Of a DNA stretch of 64,000 nt, positions 24,072 through 35,117 are shown piece by piece; position 1 is the first letter of the stretch; each line of letters starts with the position of its first letter. The stretch covers positions 288,001 through 352,000 of the forward strand of contig CAVYGB010000010.1 of assembly GCA_963767925.1 (NCBI GenBank), read 5' to 3'. Position numbers and translations under genes: made by a program. Origin of the DNA: an uncultured delta proteobacterium. GTDB lineage: Bacteria > Myxococcota_A > Polyangia > Fen-1088. Under the pieces are notes generated by a model. The model was not told where the DNA came from, did not search any database, and worked only from the letters and a program-made list of their open reading frames with translations.

Positions 24072-24379
24072 GGACCGACGGAAGGACAGTCGCGATGGCC
24101 GCACGCCCGGGGCCCGGGCTGACGGGGGCCAGCGCCGGTCGGGCTGGCCGGGGCGCCGGCTCGGACCCAGCTTGACGCTTGCGGTTGGGACCTCTGGGCC
24201 TGGGGGTCCAGGGCGGGCCGCAGGAGATCAAGGCCCTGGCGTCCGGCTTTCCAGGGGCTCACCGGGACGTTTCGGGTTGTTCGCCCGGAATGAGGGACGA
24301 AGGTGCGACTGTTGGGCGGGCGAACCGGTTCCCGGCACACCTTGCGGGGGAGACGGGCCTTGCCCCGGAAGGACGGAAC

Positions 24380-25393
24380 ATGCAGCTCGGAATGATCGGC
24401 CTCGGTCGGATGGGTGCCAACATGGTGCGGCGGCTGCTGCGCGGCGGGCACCGCTGCGTGGTGCACGACCGGAGCGCGGAGGCGGTGGCGGCGATGGTCC
24501 GGGAGGGGGCCCAGGGCGCCGCCTCGGCGGCCGAGCTGATCGCGGCCCTGGAGGCCCCCCGCACCATCTGCCTGATGGTGCCGGCGGCGGTCGTCGACGG
24601 GGTGATCGGGGAGCTGGCGCCCCGGCTCGCCCGGGGTGACACGCTGATCGACGGCGGCAACTCGCACTACCAGGACGACCTCGCCCGCAGCCGCCGCCTC
24701 GGGGAGCAGGGCATCCACCTCATCGACATGGGCACCAGCGGCGGCGTGTGGGGGCTCGAGCGGGGCTATTGCCTCATGATCGGCGGCGACGGCGAGGTGG
24801 TGCAGCGCCTGGATCCGATCTTCGCCACCCTGGCGCCCGGACGGGGGGACATCCCGCGTACGCCGGGGCGGGAAGCGCGCGGCGGGACGGCCGAACAGGG
24901 GTACCTGCACTGCGGGGCCAGCGGCGCCGGGCACTTCGTGAAGATGGTCCACAACGGCATCGAATACGCGCTGATGGCGTCTTACGCCGAGGGGCTCAAC
25001 GTCCTCAAGAAGGCCAACGTGGGCAAGCAGACCCACGCCGCCGATGCCGAGACCACTCCCCTGCGCCACCCCGAGCACTACCAGTACGACTTCGACCTCG
25101 CCGAGATCGCCGAGCTGTGGCGGCGGGGCAGCGTCGTTTCCTCCTGGCTGCTCGACCTCACCGCCGGGGCCCTGCTGGGCGACCCCGCGCTCGGGCGCTT
25201 CGGCGGGCGGGTGGCCGATTCGGGCGAGGGGCGCTGGACGCTGGCCGCGGCCAACGACGAGGCGGTGCCGGCCCACGTGCTCGCGGCGGCGCTGTTCGAG
25301 CGCTTCGCCTCGCGCGGGGAGGACGACTTCCAGAACCGGGTGCTCTCGGCGATGCGCCTCGGGTTCGGCGGGCACGTGGAGAAGGCGGAATGA
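24380..25393 (+). CDS. gnd: Decarboxylating 6-phosphogluconate dehydrogenase (short type)
   Basis: [43 protein letters not shown] and FGGH. Confidence 0.95.
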   Translation: MQLGMIGLGRMGANMVRRLLRGGHRCVVHDRSAEAVAAMVREGAQGAASAAELIAALEAPRTICLMVPAAVVDGVIGELAPRLARGDTLIDGGNSHYQDDLARSRRLGEQGIHLIDMGTSGGVWGLERGYCLMIGGDGEVVQRLDPIFATLAPGRGDIPRTPGREARGGTAEQGYLHCGASGAGHFVKMVHNGIEYALMASYAEGLNVLKKANVGKQTHAADAETTPLRHPEHYQYDFDLAEIAELWRRGSVVSSWLLDLTAGALLGDPALGRFGGRVADSGEGRWTLAAANDEAVPAHVLAAALFERFASRGEDDFQNRVLSAMRLGFGGHVEKAE

Positions 25394-26800
25394 CCCGCCC
25401 GGCAGCGGGGGGACAACCTCCGCCGGCGCAGTCCGACGCCCTCGTCTTCTTCGGGGCCACCGGGGATCTGGCCTACAAGAAGATCTTCCCCGCCCTGCAG
25501 GCCCTGGTGGCCCGGGGCCGGCTCGACGTCCCGGTGATCGGGGTGGCCAAGTCGGGCTGGCGACGCGACGACCTGATCGCCCGGGCCCGGGCCAGCCTGG
25601 TCGAGGCCAAGACCCTGGAGAGGCCGGCCTTCGAGAAGCTCGTGTCGCTGCTCCGCTACGTCGACGGGGACTACAACGATCCGGAGACCTTTCGCCAGCT
25701 CGGGGTGGAGCTCGGCGCCGCCCGGCGGCCCGCCTTCTACCTGGCCATCCCCCCCAGCCTGTTTCCCCTCGTGGTCGACCGGCTGGCCGGGCTGCCGGGC
25801 GCCGGGCAGGCGCGGGTCATCCTCGAGAAGCCCTTCGGCCGCGACCTGGCCTCGGCCCGGGCCCTCAACGAGACCTTGCTGCGCGCGTTCCCCGAGCCGT
25901 CCATCTTCCGCATCGACCACTACCTCGGCAAAGAGCCGGTGCAGAACATCCTCTACTTCCGCTTCGCCAACAGCTTCCTCGAGCCGATCTGGAACCGGTC
26001 CTACGTGGAGAACGTCCAGGTCACGATGGCCGAATCATTCGGGGTCAAGGGCCGGGGCAAGTTCTACGACGAGACCGGGATCCTGCGCGACGTCGTGGAG
26101 AACCACCTCCTGCAGGTCATCAGTTACCTGGCCATGGAGGCGCCCTCGACCGGCTACCCCGAGGCGATCCGGGACGAGCAGGCCCAGATCCTGCGCAACA
26201 TCCGCCCGCTCCACCCCGACGAGCTGGTGCAGGGACAGTTCCGAGGCTACCGCCAGGAGCCGGGCGTGGCCCCCGACTCCCGGGTGGCCACCTTCGCGGC
26301 CCTGCGCCTGCACATCGATTCCTGGCGCTGGCACGGTGTCCCCTTCTACGTCCGGGCCGGCAAGCAGCTTCCGGTGACCTGCACCGAGGTGATCGTGGAG
26401 CTGAAGCGGCCGCCGCCGGTGGTGTTTCCCGAGGAGGTGACGGCCGGCGGCAACTACCTGCGCTTCCGGCTGAGCCCCCAGGTGGCGATCGCCCTCGGCG
26501 CCCGGGCCAAGCGGCCCGGCGAGGCCATGGCAGGGTGACCCAGTCGAGCTGAAGGTGATGGAAGAGACCCTGGAGGCCCACGGCCAGCACATGGACGCCT
26601 ACCAGCGGCTGCTGGGCGACGCGATGGCCGGGGACCCCACCCTGTTCGCCCGGCAAGACGTCGTCGAGGCGGCCTGGGCGGTCGTCGATCCGGTGCTGCG
26701 AGCCTCCGGCCCCCTGCACGTCTACGAGCCGGGCTCCTGGGGGCCACCGGAGGCCGACGCGCTCGTGCATGAGGTGGGTGGCTGGAACACGCCCGCCTGA
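25390..26800 (+). CDS. zwf: Glucose-6-phosphate 1-dehydrogenase, frameshifted near 26533
   Basis: [22 protein letters not shown] and [12 protein letters not shown]. The C-terminus ([22 protein letters not shown]) continues in another frame after one extra G. Confidence 0.92.
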
Positions 26801-26849
26801 TCCGGGCGCCCGCTCAAGCTGTCCGGGGGACCTGACGAATGCAGGCAGA

Positions 26850-28118
26850 ATGTACTCAGGCCCGGTGGAAGCGCTGCTCGCCGCAATTCAGGAGTTGTCC
26901 CGACTCAAGGAATTGCCCGACGTGATGGCGGCGGTCGAGCGGGCGGCCCGCGCGCTCACGGGCGCGGACGGCGTCACCTTCGTCCTGCGCGAGGGGGAGA
27001 ACGTCTTTTACGCCCACGAGGACGCCATCGGCCCGCTCTGGAAGGGCCGCCGCTTCCCGGCGAAGGACTGCGTGTCCGGCTGGGCGATGGCCCACCGGGA
27101 GTCGGTCGTCATCGAGGACATCTTCGCCGACCAGCGGGTGCCCCTCGACGCCTACCGCCCGACCTTCGTGAAGAGCCTGGCCATGGTGCCCATCCGCAAG
27201 GAGGACCCGATCGGGGCCATCGGCGCCTACTGGGCCACCCGCCGGATGCCCACCGCGGCCGAGGTGGAGCGGCTGGAGTGCCTGGCCGCCTCGGCGGCGG
27301 TGGCGGTGGCCAACGCCGAGCTGCTGCGCGATCTGCAGCGGCGAGAGGACGATCTCAAGGTCGCGCTGGTGAGCGAGCAGGCCGCCCGGGCGCAGGCCGA
27401 GACGGCTCTGCAGCAGCGGGACGAGTTCCTCAGCATCGCCTCGCACGAGCTGCGCACGCCCTTGACCTCGCTCCAGCTCGACGTGGCGATGTTCACCCGG
27501 GCCAGACGGGAGCAGGTCGGCGAGGCCGAGCGCCAGCGCCTTTCCCGGATGGAGGGCCAGGTCCAGAAGCTCGACAACCTCATCGAGCAGCTCCTCGACG
27601 TCTCGCGCATCATGTTGCGCCGGCTGAACATCGAGCCGGGCGCCGTCGACGGCGCCGAGGTCGTCGCGGCGGTGGTGGACCGCTTCCAGGAGCTGGCCCG
27701 GGTCGCCCCGGCCTCCGCGATAACGCTGGTGGGAGAGGGGCCGGCGCCGGGGCACTGGGACCGGGCCCGGCTCGAGCAGGTGCTGGCCATCTTGCTGTCG
27801 AACGCCCTCAAATACGGGGGCGCCGAGCCGGTCACGGTGCGCTTCGCCGCCGACCCGCGCACCTTGCGGATCGAGGTGCGGGACGCCGGCATCGGCATCC
27901 CGCCCGCCGACCAGCCCCGCATCTTCGACCGCTTCTTCCGGGGGGCGCCGGCCAGCAACCTGCCCGGGCTGGGGCTCGGGCTCTGGATCGCCCGGGAGAT
28001 CGTCACCGCCCACGGGGGAACCATCTCGGTCGAGAGCGCGGTCGGACAGGGCTCGACCTTCCGGCTCGAGCTGCCCCGCGAGCTGGGCGCCCTGCCCACC
28101 CGCCCGCTCGCGAGCTGA
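26850..28118 (+). CDS. GAF-domain sensor histidine kinase
   Basis: GAF (ADGVTFVLR..SLAMVPI), FLSIASHELRTPL, NALKY, DAGIGI and GLGLGL. Confidence 0.9.
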   Translation: MYSGPVEALLAAIQELSRLKELPDVMAAVERAARALTGADGVTFVLREGENVFYAHEDAIGPLWKGRRFPAKDCVSGWAMAHRESVVIEDIFADQRVPLDAYRPTFVKSLAMVPIRKEDPIGAIGAYWATRRMPTAAEVERLECLAASAAVAVANAELLRDLQRREDDLKVALVSEQAARAQAETALQQRDEFLSIASHELRTPLTSLQLDVAMFTRARREQVGEAERQRLSRMEGQVQKLDNLIEQLLDVSRIMLRRLNIEPGAVDGAEVVAAVVDRFQELARVAPASAITLVGEGPAPGHWDRARLEQVLAILLSNALKYGGAEPVTVRFAADPRTLRIEVRDAGIGIPPADQPRIFDRFFRGAPASNLPGLGLGLWIAREIVTAHGGTISVESAVGQGSTFRLELPRELGALPTRPLAS

Positions 28119-28469
28119 GCGGCACCGCCGGCCCGCTGACGGACCGGCGCGCGCGTCGTCGCCGGGAACGTTGGATATGTCGAGCGCCGCTGCGCGGGTC
28201 TCCGCGCGTCCGTGATCGAGGGCACGATGGTGTGCGCGGTTGTCGCGCAATATCGTCCTGTGGTTTCGCAGCCATAGCGTCAGGGCAGGCCACCCAGGCC
28301 GCCGGTTCGGGCCGCCCTTGCGAGCGGAATTGTCAAACCAACCGGGGGCTCACCGGGAATCGCTGGTGGACAAATACCCTCTAAGGGTTGTTAGCTACAC
28401 AGAGCGACGGCCATGTGCGCCTCAAGCAGGGCCGATACAACGCCTCCGTCACGAACAGAGGGCACCTCA

Positions 28470-31400
28470 ATGAGCAAGGTCGCGGGTTTCGCGCGAGGTC
28501 TTCTGGCTGCTGCTGCGCTCCTCAGCCTGAGCTGTAGCACCAAGGCCTTCAACACCAAAGCAGTCGGCACCAGCGCCGGCGCCGACGCGGGCGTCCGTCC
28601 GCCCGGCGGGTCGACCGGGGAAAACGGGGATGGCAAGGACCCCTCGGCCCCGCTCTGCCCCAGCGAGGTCGCCTCGCCGAAGGCGGTCGGCCAGACCTGC
28701 GCCTGCGACATCGAATGCGCCACCGGCACCTGCCTCGGTCGCGTCTGTTGCGCGGGCAGCGCCTGTACCCCCTTGAGCCCGCTCGGCGCGGTCTGCGAGG
28801 ACGACGCCGAGTGCCAGTCGAGCTTCTGCGCGGACGGCGTCTGTTGCAACGTGGCCTGTTCGGGGGCCTGCGTCTCCTGCAACCAGGCCGAGCAGATGGG
28901 CGAATGTACGCCCATCCCCGCGGGCGGCGAGGACATCCACAACGTCTGCCGGCGCGATTCGCCCGATAGCTGCGGCCAGAGCGGGTTCTGCAACGGCCAG
29001 GGCGGCTGCGCCAAATACGCCGCCGGGACCACCTGCCAGCTCGCCTCCTGCGAGGGCGGGGGCAAGGAGAGCTTCATCCCGGCCAGCCTCTGCGACGGCG
29101 AGGGCACCTGCATCAACGGCTCGGCCATCTCCTGCTCGCCCTCGACCTGCGAGGGGGGGGCCTGTCGCAGCAGCTGCACCAGCACCGCCGACTGCATGAC
29201 GCCCAACAGCTGCGTGAGCGGGAGCTGCGGCCCCAAGGGCCCCGGCCAGGACTGCACCAGCAACAACCAGTGCGCCTCGAACTTCTGCGTGGACGGGGTC
29301 TGTTGCGAGAGCGCCTGCAACACCCCCTGCACCTTCTGCGCGAACCCGGACGCCCGGGGCAAGTGCGTGCCGGTGCGAGCCGGCAGCATCGACCAGCGGA
29401 CCGCGCGCGGGGAACGCGACCCGGCCCGGGCCTGCCAGGACGAGGGCCCCACGAGCTGCGGCAACGACGGCCGCTGCAACGGCCAGGGCGGCTGCCAGAA
29501 GTACCGCGAGGGCACGGTCTGCCGCGACCCGCGCTGCGACTCGGCCGCCAACACCGAGACCCGGGCCGGCACCTGCATGGGCGGATCTTGCCGGGTGCCC
29601 CAGCCCCAGACCTGCGGGCCCTACAAGGGCTGCTCGGGCAGCGCCTGCCGGGGGAGCTGCGGCAGCGACTCGCAGTGTGTGAGCCCCAACGTCTGCATCA
29701 GCGGCGACTGCGGTCGCAAGCCGACCGGCGCCGTGTGCAGCCGGGCGGCGGAGTGCATGAGCAACGTCTGCGCCCAGGGGCGCTGCTGCTCTGCCGCCTG
29801 CGGCGGCACCTGCAAGTCGTGCGCGCTGCCCGGCCGGGAAGGCACCTGCTCGAACGTGGGCGCGGGCGGGGCCGACCCCACCGGCACCTGCCGCGACGAC
29901 GCCTGCTCGAACGGGTGCGACGGCAACGGCGGCTGCCGGCGGGAGATCGCCGGCACCACCTGCGGCGGGGCCACCTGCAGCGGCAACGCCCGGGTCACCC
30001 GCACCTGCAACGCCAGCGGCTCCTGCCAGACGGCGAACTTCGCCTGCGGCGCCGGGTTCACCTGCAACGGCGGGAGCTGCGTCGCCGCCCCGAAGCAGAA
30101 CGGCGACCCCTGCGTGTCGGCGGCCGAGTGCGCCTCCAACCTTTGCACGAACAACGTCTGCTGCGCCGGGGCGTGCGGCGGCGCCTGCAAGGAGTGCCAG
30201 CGGGGCACCGGGGCCTGCGTCAATCGGGTCGGCGGCTGCGGCAGCGGCGGCACCTGCATGACCGGCACCTGCTGCCAGGGGGGCCAGACCAACTGCGGCG
30301 GGGCCTGCCGCAACCTCGACAGCGACGAGGCCAACTGCGGCCGCTGCGGCGGCGCCTGCGCCCCCGGCCTGACCTGCGTGAACGGGGCCTGCACCCTGGT
30401 CTGCAATCCGCCCGAGCGGGTGTGCGGCGGCGACTGCGTGGACGTCACCTCCGACATCCGCCACTGCGGCGACTGCAACAACCCCTGCCCGGCCGGCTCG
30501 ACCTGCACCCGGGGCGCTTGCACCTGCAGCGGCGGGCGCACGTTGTGCGGGAACACCTGCGTGGACACCGGCAGCACCGAGGCCCACTGCGGGGGCTGCA
30601 ACCGGCCCTGCGGGCCGGGACAGCTCTGCGTGGGCGGGTCCTGTCAGGCCACCTGCAACACCGTCATGTGCGGGGCGACCTGCTGCGCCCCCGGGCAGGT
30701 CTGCTCGTCGGGTCGCTGCTGCCCGGCCGGTCAGGCGAGCTGCGGCGGCGCCTGCCGGGACCTCGACGAGGACGAGGCCTTCTGCGGTGCCTGCAACAAG
30801 CGCTGCGGCGTGGGCGAGACCTGCTGCGGCGGCACCTGCAAGAACCTCGGCAACGACGCCGCCAACTGCGGCACCTGCGGCAGCGCCTGCGCCATGGGCC
30901 AGCGCTGCGTCGCCGGGGACTGCAGCGCGATCTGCGAGGGCACGCCCTGCGGTGAGCAGTGCTGCCAGGGCGCCACGCCGGTCTGCTCGGACGAGCGCTG
31001 TTGCCCGACCGGCCAGGCCAACTGCGGCGGCGCCTGCCGCAACTTCAACAACGACGAGGCCAACTGCGGCGCCTGCGGCCGGGCCTGCGGCGCCGGACAG
31101 ACCTGCTGCAGCGGGGTGTGCCGGAGCCTGCAGAGCGACGAGAGCCACTGCGGGACCTGCGGCCGGGCCTGCGGGGCCAACCAGTCCTGCGAGGGGGGCG
31201 CCTGCAACGTGAACTGCCCGCCCGGACAGACGAACTGCGGCGGGAGCTGCCAGAACCTGCAGAACGACGGATCCAACTGCGGCATGTGCGGCCGGGCCTG
31301 CGGGGCCAACCAGACCTGCTGCGGCGGCACCTGCAAGAGCCTGGAGACCGACCCGGCCAACTGCGGGATGTGCGGCCGGACCTGCGGAGCCAACCAGATG

Positions 31401-34148
31401 TGCGGGGGAGGCTCCTGCAACGTGAGCTGCCCCGGGGGGCAGACCAACTGCGGGGGGACCTGCCGCAACCTCGGCAACGACGAGGCCAACTGCGGGGCCT
31501 GCGGGACCACCTGCGGCGCCAACCAGACCTGCTGTGGCGGGGCCTGCCGCAACCTCCAGAACGACGGGACCAACTGCGGCTCCTGCGGCACGAGCTGCGG
31601 CTCCAACCAGACCTGCCAGGGCGGCGCCTGCGTGATCAACTGCGGGCCCGGGCAGACCGCCTGCAGCGGCACCTGTCGCGACCTGCAGGACGACGAGGCC
31701 AACTGCGGGATGTGCGGCCGGGCCTGCGGGCCCAGCCAGTCCTGCTGCGGCGGCACCTGCCGCAACCTCAACAACGACGAGGCCAACTGTGGCGGCTGCG
31801 GGACCACCTGCTCCGGCACCCAGACCTGCATGGGGGGCACCTGCGTCGTCAACTGCCCGCCGGGGCAGACCAACTGCGGCGGCACCTGCCGCAGCTTGCA
31901 GGACGACGAGGCCAACTGCGGCTTCTGCGGCACCACCTGCGGGGGCAATCAGAGCTGCTGCGGCGGGGTCTGCCGCAACCTGCAGGAGGACGAGAACCAC
32001 TGCGGATCCTGCGGCACCGGCTGCGGGGCCAACCGGATCTGCATGGGCGGGTCCTGCATGGCCACCTGCCCGGCCGGCCAGACCGTGTGCAGCGGGGTCT
32101 GCCGCAACCTCGGCAACGACGAGGCCAACTGCGGGGCCTGCGGTACGGTCTGCCCGGCGGGCAAGGTCTGCACCGGTGGGAGCTGCGCCTGCCCGGGCAA
32201 CCAGACCGACTGCAACGGGGTCTGCCGCAACCTCAACAACGACGCCGCCAATTGCGGCACGTGTGGCAACGCCTGCGGCCAGGGTCGCACCTGCATGGGC
32301 GGGACCTGCTCCTGCCCGGGCAACCAGACCCTGTGTGGCGGCGTCTGCGCCAACCTGCAGAACGACGAGGCCAACTGCGGGATGTGTGGCAACGCCTGCG
32401 GCCAGGGCCAGACCTGCACCGGCGGGAGCTGCGCCTGCCCGGGCAACCAGACGAGCTGCAACGGCGTCTGCCGGAACCTCGCCAACGATCCCAACAACTG
32501 CGGCATGTGTGGCAACTCCTGCGGCATGGGTCGCACCTGCGCCGGCGGGGCCTGCTCTTGCCCGGGTAACCAGACCGACTGCGGGGGGACCTGCCGCAAC
32601 CTGCAGAACGACGAGGCCAACTGCGGCGCCTGCGGGAACGCCTGCGCGGCCGGCCAGGCCTGCAACGGCGGAGCCTGCGTGAGCCTGTGCCCGCCCGACC
32701 GGCAGTGCGGCGCCGCCTGCTGCGGCCCCAACCAGTCCTGCACCGGCGGCGCGTGTTGCCCGATGGCCCGGGCCTGCGGCAACCAGTGCTGCGCGGCCGG
32801 GGAGATGTGCCAGGGCGGCGCCTGCGTCCCCCAGTGCCCGATGCCCCGCCAGTGCGGGAGCCAGTGCTGCGCCCCGAACCAGATGTGTCAGGACGGCAAC
32901 TGCGTCGCCCAGTGCCCGGGACCGCGCCAGTGCGGCGCCCAGTGCTGCCCGCCCGGACAGACCTGCCAGGAAGGCGCCTGCGCCGTCCCCTGCCCGTCCG
33001 CCCGCCAGTGCGGCGATCAGTGCTGCGCAGCCAACCAGATGTGCCAGGACGGCGCCTGCGTCGCCCAGTGCCCGGCCCCGCGCCAGTGCGGCGCCGCCTG
33101 CTGCAACCCCAACCAGACCTGCACCGGCGGCGCGTGCTGCCCGATGGCCCGCGCGTGTGGCAACCAGTGCTGCGACCAGGGCCAGATGTGCCAGGACGGC
33201 GCCTGCGTCGCCCAGTGCCCGGGACCGCGCCAGTGCGGCGCCGCCTGCTGCCCGCCCGGGCAGACCTGCCAGGACGGCGCCTGCGCCGTCCCCTGCCCGC
33301 CCGCCCGTCGCTGCGGCGATCAGTGCTGCAACCCCGGCCAGATGTGCCAGGACGGCGCCTGCGTCGCCGCCTGCCCCATGCCCCGCCAGTGCGGCGCCCA
33401 GTGCTGTCCACCGGGCCAGACCTGCCAGGAAGGCGCCTGCGCCGTCCCCTGCCCGGGGCCACGCCAGTGTGGCGCCCAGTGCTGCCCGCCCGGGCAGACC
33501 TGCCAGGACGGCGCCTGCGCCGTCCCTTGCCCGCCCGCCCGTCGCTGCGACGACCAATGCTGCAACCAGGGTCAGATGTGTCAGGACGGCGCCTGCGTCG
33601 CCGCCTGCCCCATGCCCCGCCAGTGCGGCGCCCAGTGCTGCCCACCGGGTCAGACGTGCCAGGGTGGCGCCTGCGCCGCCCCTTGCCCGGGGCCGCGCCA
33701 GTGTGGCGCCCAGTGCTGTGACCAGGGCCAGATGTGCCAGGGTGGCGCCTGCGTCGCCGCCTGCCCGGTCCCCCGCCGCTGCGGCGATCAGTGCTGCGAC
33801 CAGGGCCAGATGTGCCAGGACGGCGGCTGCGTCGCCGCCTGCCCGGTCCCCCGCCGCTGCGGCGACCAGTGCTGCCCGCAAGGACAGACCTGCCAGGATG
33901 GGGCCTGCGCGGCTCCCTGCCCGGGGCCCCGCCAGTGCGGCGACACCTGCTGCCCGCAAGGACAGACCTGCCAGGACGGGGCCTGCGCCGCTCCCTGCCC
34001 GGGGCCCCGCCAGTGCGGCGACACCTGCTGCGACGCCGGCTCCCGCTGTGCCGGGGGGCAGTGTTGCCCCAACGGCCGGGCTTGCGGCGACCAGTGCTGC
34101 ATGCCCAAGCAGCAATGTGGCGAGGGCAACGTCTGCGTGACCATGTAG
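28470..34148 (+). CDS. Giant cysteine-rich repeat lipoprotein with STIG1-like repeats (~1,890 aa)
   Basis: Lipobox LSLSC. Three repeat zones: CxDGVCCxxAC units, CRNLxNDEANCGxCGxxC units, and ~22-aa CPxPRQCGxQCCxxGQxCQxGAC units. Confidence 0.85.
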   Translation: MSKVAGFARGLLAAAALLSLSCSTKAFNTKAVGTSAGADAGVRPPGGSTGENGDGKDPSAPLCPSEVASPKAVGQTCACDIECATGTCLGRVCCAGSACTPLSPLGAVCEDDAECQSSFCADGVCCNVACSGACVSCNQAEQMGECTPIPAGGEDIHNVCRRDSPDSCGQSGFCNGQGGCAKYAAGTTCQLASCEGGGKESFIPASLCDGEGTCINGSAISCSPSTCEGGACRSSCTSTADCMTPNSCVSGSCGPKGPGQDCTSNNQCASNFCVDGVCCESACNTPCTFCANPDARGKCVPVRAGSIDQRTARGERDPARACQDEGPTSCGNDGRCNGQGGCQKYREGTVCRDPRCDSAANTETRAGTCMGGSCRVPQPQTCGPYKGCSGSACRGSCGSDSQCVSPNVCISGDCGRKPTGAVCSRAAECMSNVCAQGRCCSAACGGTCKSCALPGREGTCSNVGAGGADPTGTCRDDACSNGCDGNGGCRREIAGTTCGGATCSGNARVTRTCNASGSCQTANFACGAGFTCNGGSCVAAPKQNGDPCVSAAECASNLCTNNVCCAGACGGACKECQRGTGACVNRVGGCGSGGTCMTGTCCQGGQTNCGGACRNLDSDEANCGRCGGACAPGLTCVNGACTLVCNPPERVCGGDCVDVTSDIRHCGDCNNPCPAGSTCTRGACTCSGGRTLCGNTCVDTGSTEAHCGGCNRPCGPGQLCVGGSCQATCNTVMCGATCCAPGQVCSSGRCCPAGQASCGGACRDLDEDEAFCGACNKRCGVGETCCGGTCKNLGNDAANCGTCGSACAMGQRCVAGDCSAICEGTPCGEQCCQGATPVCSDERCCPTGQANCGGACRNFNNDEANCGACGRACGAGQTCCSGVCRSLQSDESHCGTCGRACGANQSCEGGACNVNCPPGQTNCGGSCQNLQNDGSNCGMCGRACGANQTCCGGTCKSLETDPANCGMCGRTCGANQMCGGGSCNVSCPGGQTNCGGTCRNLGNDEANCGACGTTCGANQTCCGGACRNLQNDGTNCGSCGTSCGSNQTCQGGACVINCGPGQTACSGTCRDLQDDEANCGMCGRACGPSQSCCGGTCRNLNNDEANCGGCGTTCSGTQTCMGGTCVVNCPPGQTNCGGTCRSLQDDEANCGFCGTTCGGNQSCCGGVCRNLQEDENHCGSCGTGCGANRICMGGSCMATCPAGQTVCSGVCRNLGNDEANCGACGTVCPAGKVCTGGSCACPGNQTDCNGVCRNLNNDAANCGTCGNACGQGRTCMGGTCSCPGNQTLCGGVCANLQNDEANCGMCGNACGQGQTCTGGSCACPGNQTSCNGVCRNLANDPNNCGMCGNSCGMGRTCAGGACSCPGNQTDCGGTCRNLQNDEANCGACGNACAAGQACNGGACVSLCPPDRQCGAACCGPNQSCTGGACCPMARACGNQCCAAGEMCQGGACVPQCPMPRQCGSQCCAPNQMCQDGNCVAQCPGPRQCGAQCCPPGQTCQEGACAVPCPSARQCGDQCCAANQMCQDGACVAQCPAPRQCGAACCNPNQTCTGGACCPMARACGNQCCDQGQMCQDGACVAQCPGPRQCGAACCPPGQTCQDGACAVPCPPARRCGDQCCNPGQMCQDGACVAACPMPRQCGAQCCPPGQTCQEGACAVPCPGPRQCGAQCCPPGQTCQDGACAVPCPPARRCDDQCCNQGQMCQDGACVAACPMPRQCGAQCCPPGQTCQGGACAAPCPGPRQCGAQCCDQGQMCQGGACVAACPVPRRCGDQCCDQGQMCQDGGCVAACPVPRRCGDQCCPQGQTCQDGACAAPCPGPRQCGDTCCPQGQTCQDGACAAPCPGPRQCGDTCCDAGSRCAGGQCCPNGRACGDQCCMPKQQCGEGNVCVTM

Positions 34149-34165
34149 GGGGCGCCGGCCGCCAG

Positions 34166-35011
34166 ATGGAGTTCGTCAAGTACCACGCCCTGGGGAACGA
34201 CTACCTCGTCATCGCGCCGGGCGCGCCCGGCGGCGCGGCTCCCTCGGGCGATCGGATCCGGGCCATCTGCCACCGGAACTACGGGGTGGGCAGCGACGGG
34301 ATCTTGTGGGGCCCGCTGCCGGCCCCCAGCGGGTCGTTCGGCCTGCGCATCTTCAACCCCGACGGCAGCGAGGCGGAGAAGAGCGGCAACGGCGTGCGCA
34401 TCTTCTGCCGGTTCCTGTGGGACCGGGGCCAGGTGCGGGAGGAGCCCTTCACCGTGCTGACCCCCGGTGGGCCGGTGCGGGCGACCGCCCTCGACGGAGG
34501 GCGCTCCTTCCGGCTCGACATGGGGCGGGTGCGCTTCGGCAGCGAGGAGATCCCCCTGCGCGGCCAGCCCCACGAGGTGCTGAACGAGACCCTGGTTGCG
34601 GGCGACCGCACGTTCACCTTCTGCGCCGCCACCGTGGGCAACCCCCACTGCGTCGTGCTGCTGCCCGAGGTGGACGAGGCCCTGGCCCGCCGCTACGGCC
34701 CGCTCATCGAGCGCGACCCCCGCTTCCCCAACCGGACCAACGTCCAGTTCATGCGGGTCCGGGACCGAAACAACATCGAGATCGAGATCTGGGAGCGGGG
34801 GGCCGGCTACACCCTGGCCTCCGGCACCAGCGCCAGCGCCGCGGCCGGGGTGGCCCGGCGCCTGGGCCTCGTCGACGCCGACGTCCAGGTGCACGCGCCC
34901 GGCGGGGCGCTGGAGGTCAAGCTGGACGAGCAGTACCGGGTCGAGCTCACCGGTCCGGTGACCCGGGTGGCCTCCGGGGTGATCGATCCGGAGATCCTCG
35001 GGCCCGGCTGA
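34166..35011 (+). CDS. dapF: Diaminopimelate epimerase family protein (Ser-for-Cys active-site variant)
   Basis: KYHALGNDY, GVGSDG, IFNPDGSEAEKSGNG, VGNPHCV, FPNRTNVQF and WERGAGYTLASGT. Confidence 0.85.
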   Translation: MEFVKYHALGNDYLVIAPGAPGGAAPSGDRIRAICHRNYGVGSDGILWGPLPAPSGSFGLRIFNPDGSEAEKSGNGVRIFCRFLWDRGQVREEPFTVLTPGGPVRATALDGGRSFRLDMGRVRFGSEEIPLRGQPHEVLNETLVAGDRTFTFCAATVGNPHCVVLLPEVDEALARRYGPLIERDPRFPNRTNVQFMRVRDRNNIEIEIWERGAGYTLASGTSASAAAGVARRLGLVDADVQVHAPGGALEVKLDEQYRVELTGPVTRVASGVIDPEILGPG

Positions 35012-35117
35012 CCGGCCGGCCCCCGCCCCACCCCGGGGCTCCCCGATCTCGGAGTCCTCCCTTGATCGGCGGCGCGGCGGTGCGCAAAGTGGAGAGGATG
35101 CGCGCAGCGGAGGTTTC

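Noticed and set aside
26525..26560. zwf split as a pseudogene or programmed frameshift
   Set aside because: Removing one G from CAGGG restores a normal protein. Similar single-base indels occur in the PPIase and glgB genes, consistent with sequencing or assembly error.
28467..34115. 1882-aa antisense Ala/Gly ORF and other long shadow ORFs (e.g. 3317-7507, 19996-23445, 11120-13429)
   Set aside because: These are stop-poor alternative frames of high-GC genes with no motifs, and they overlap well-supported genes.
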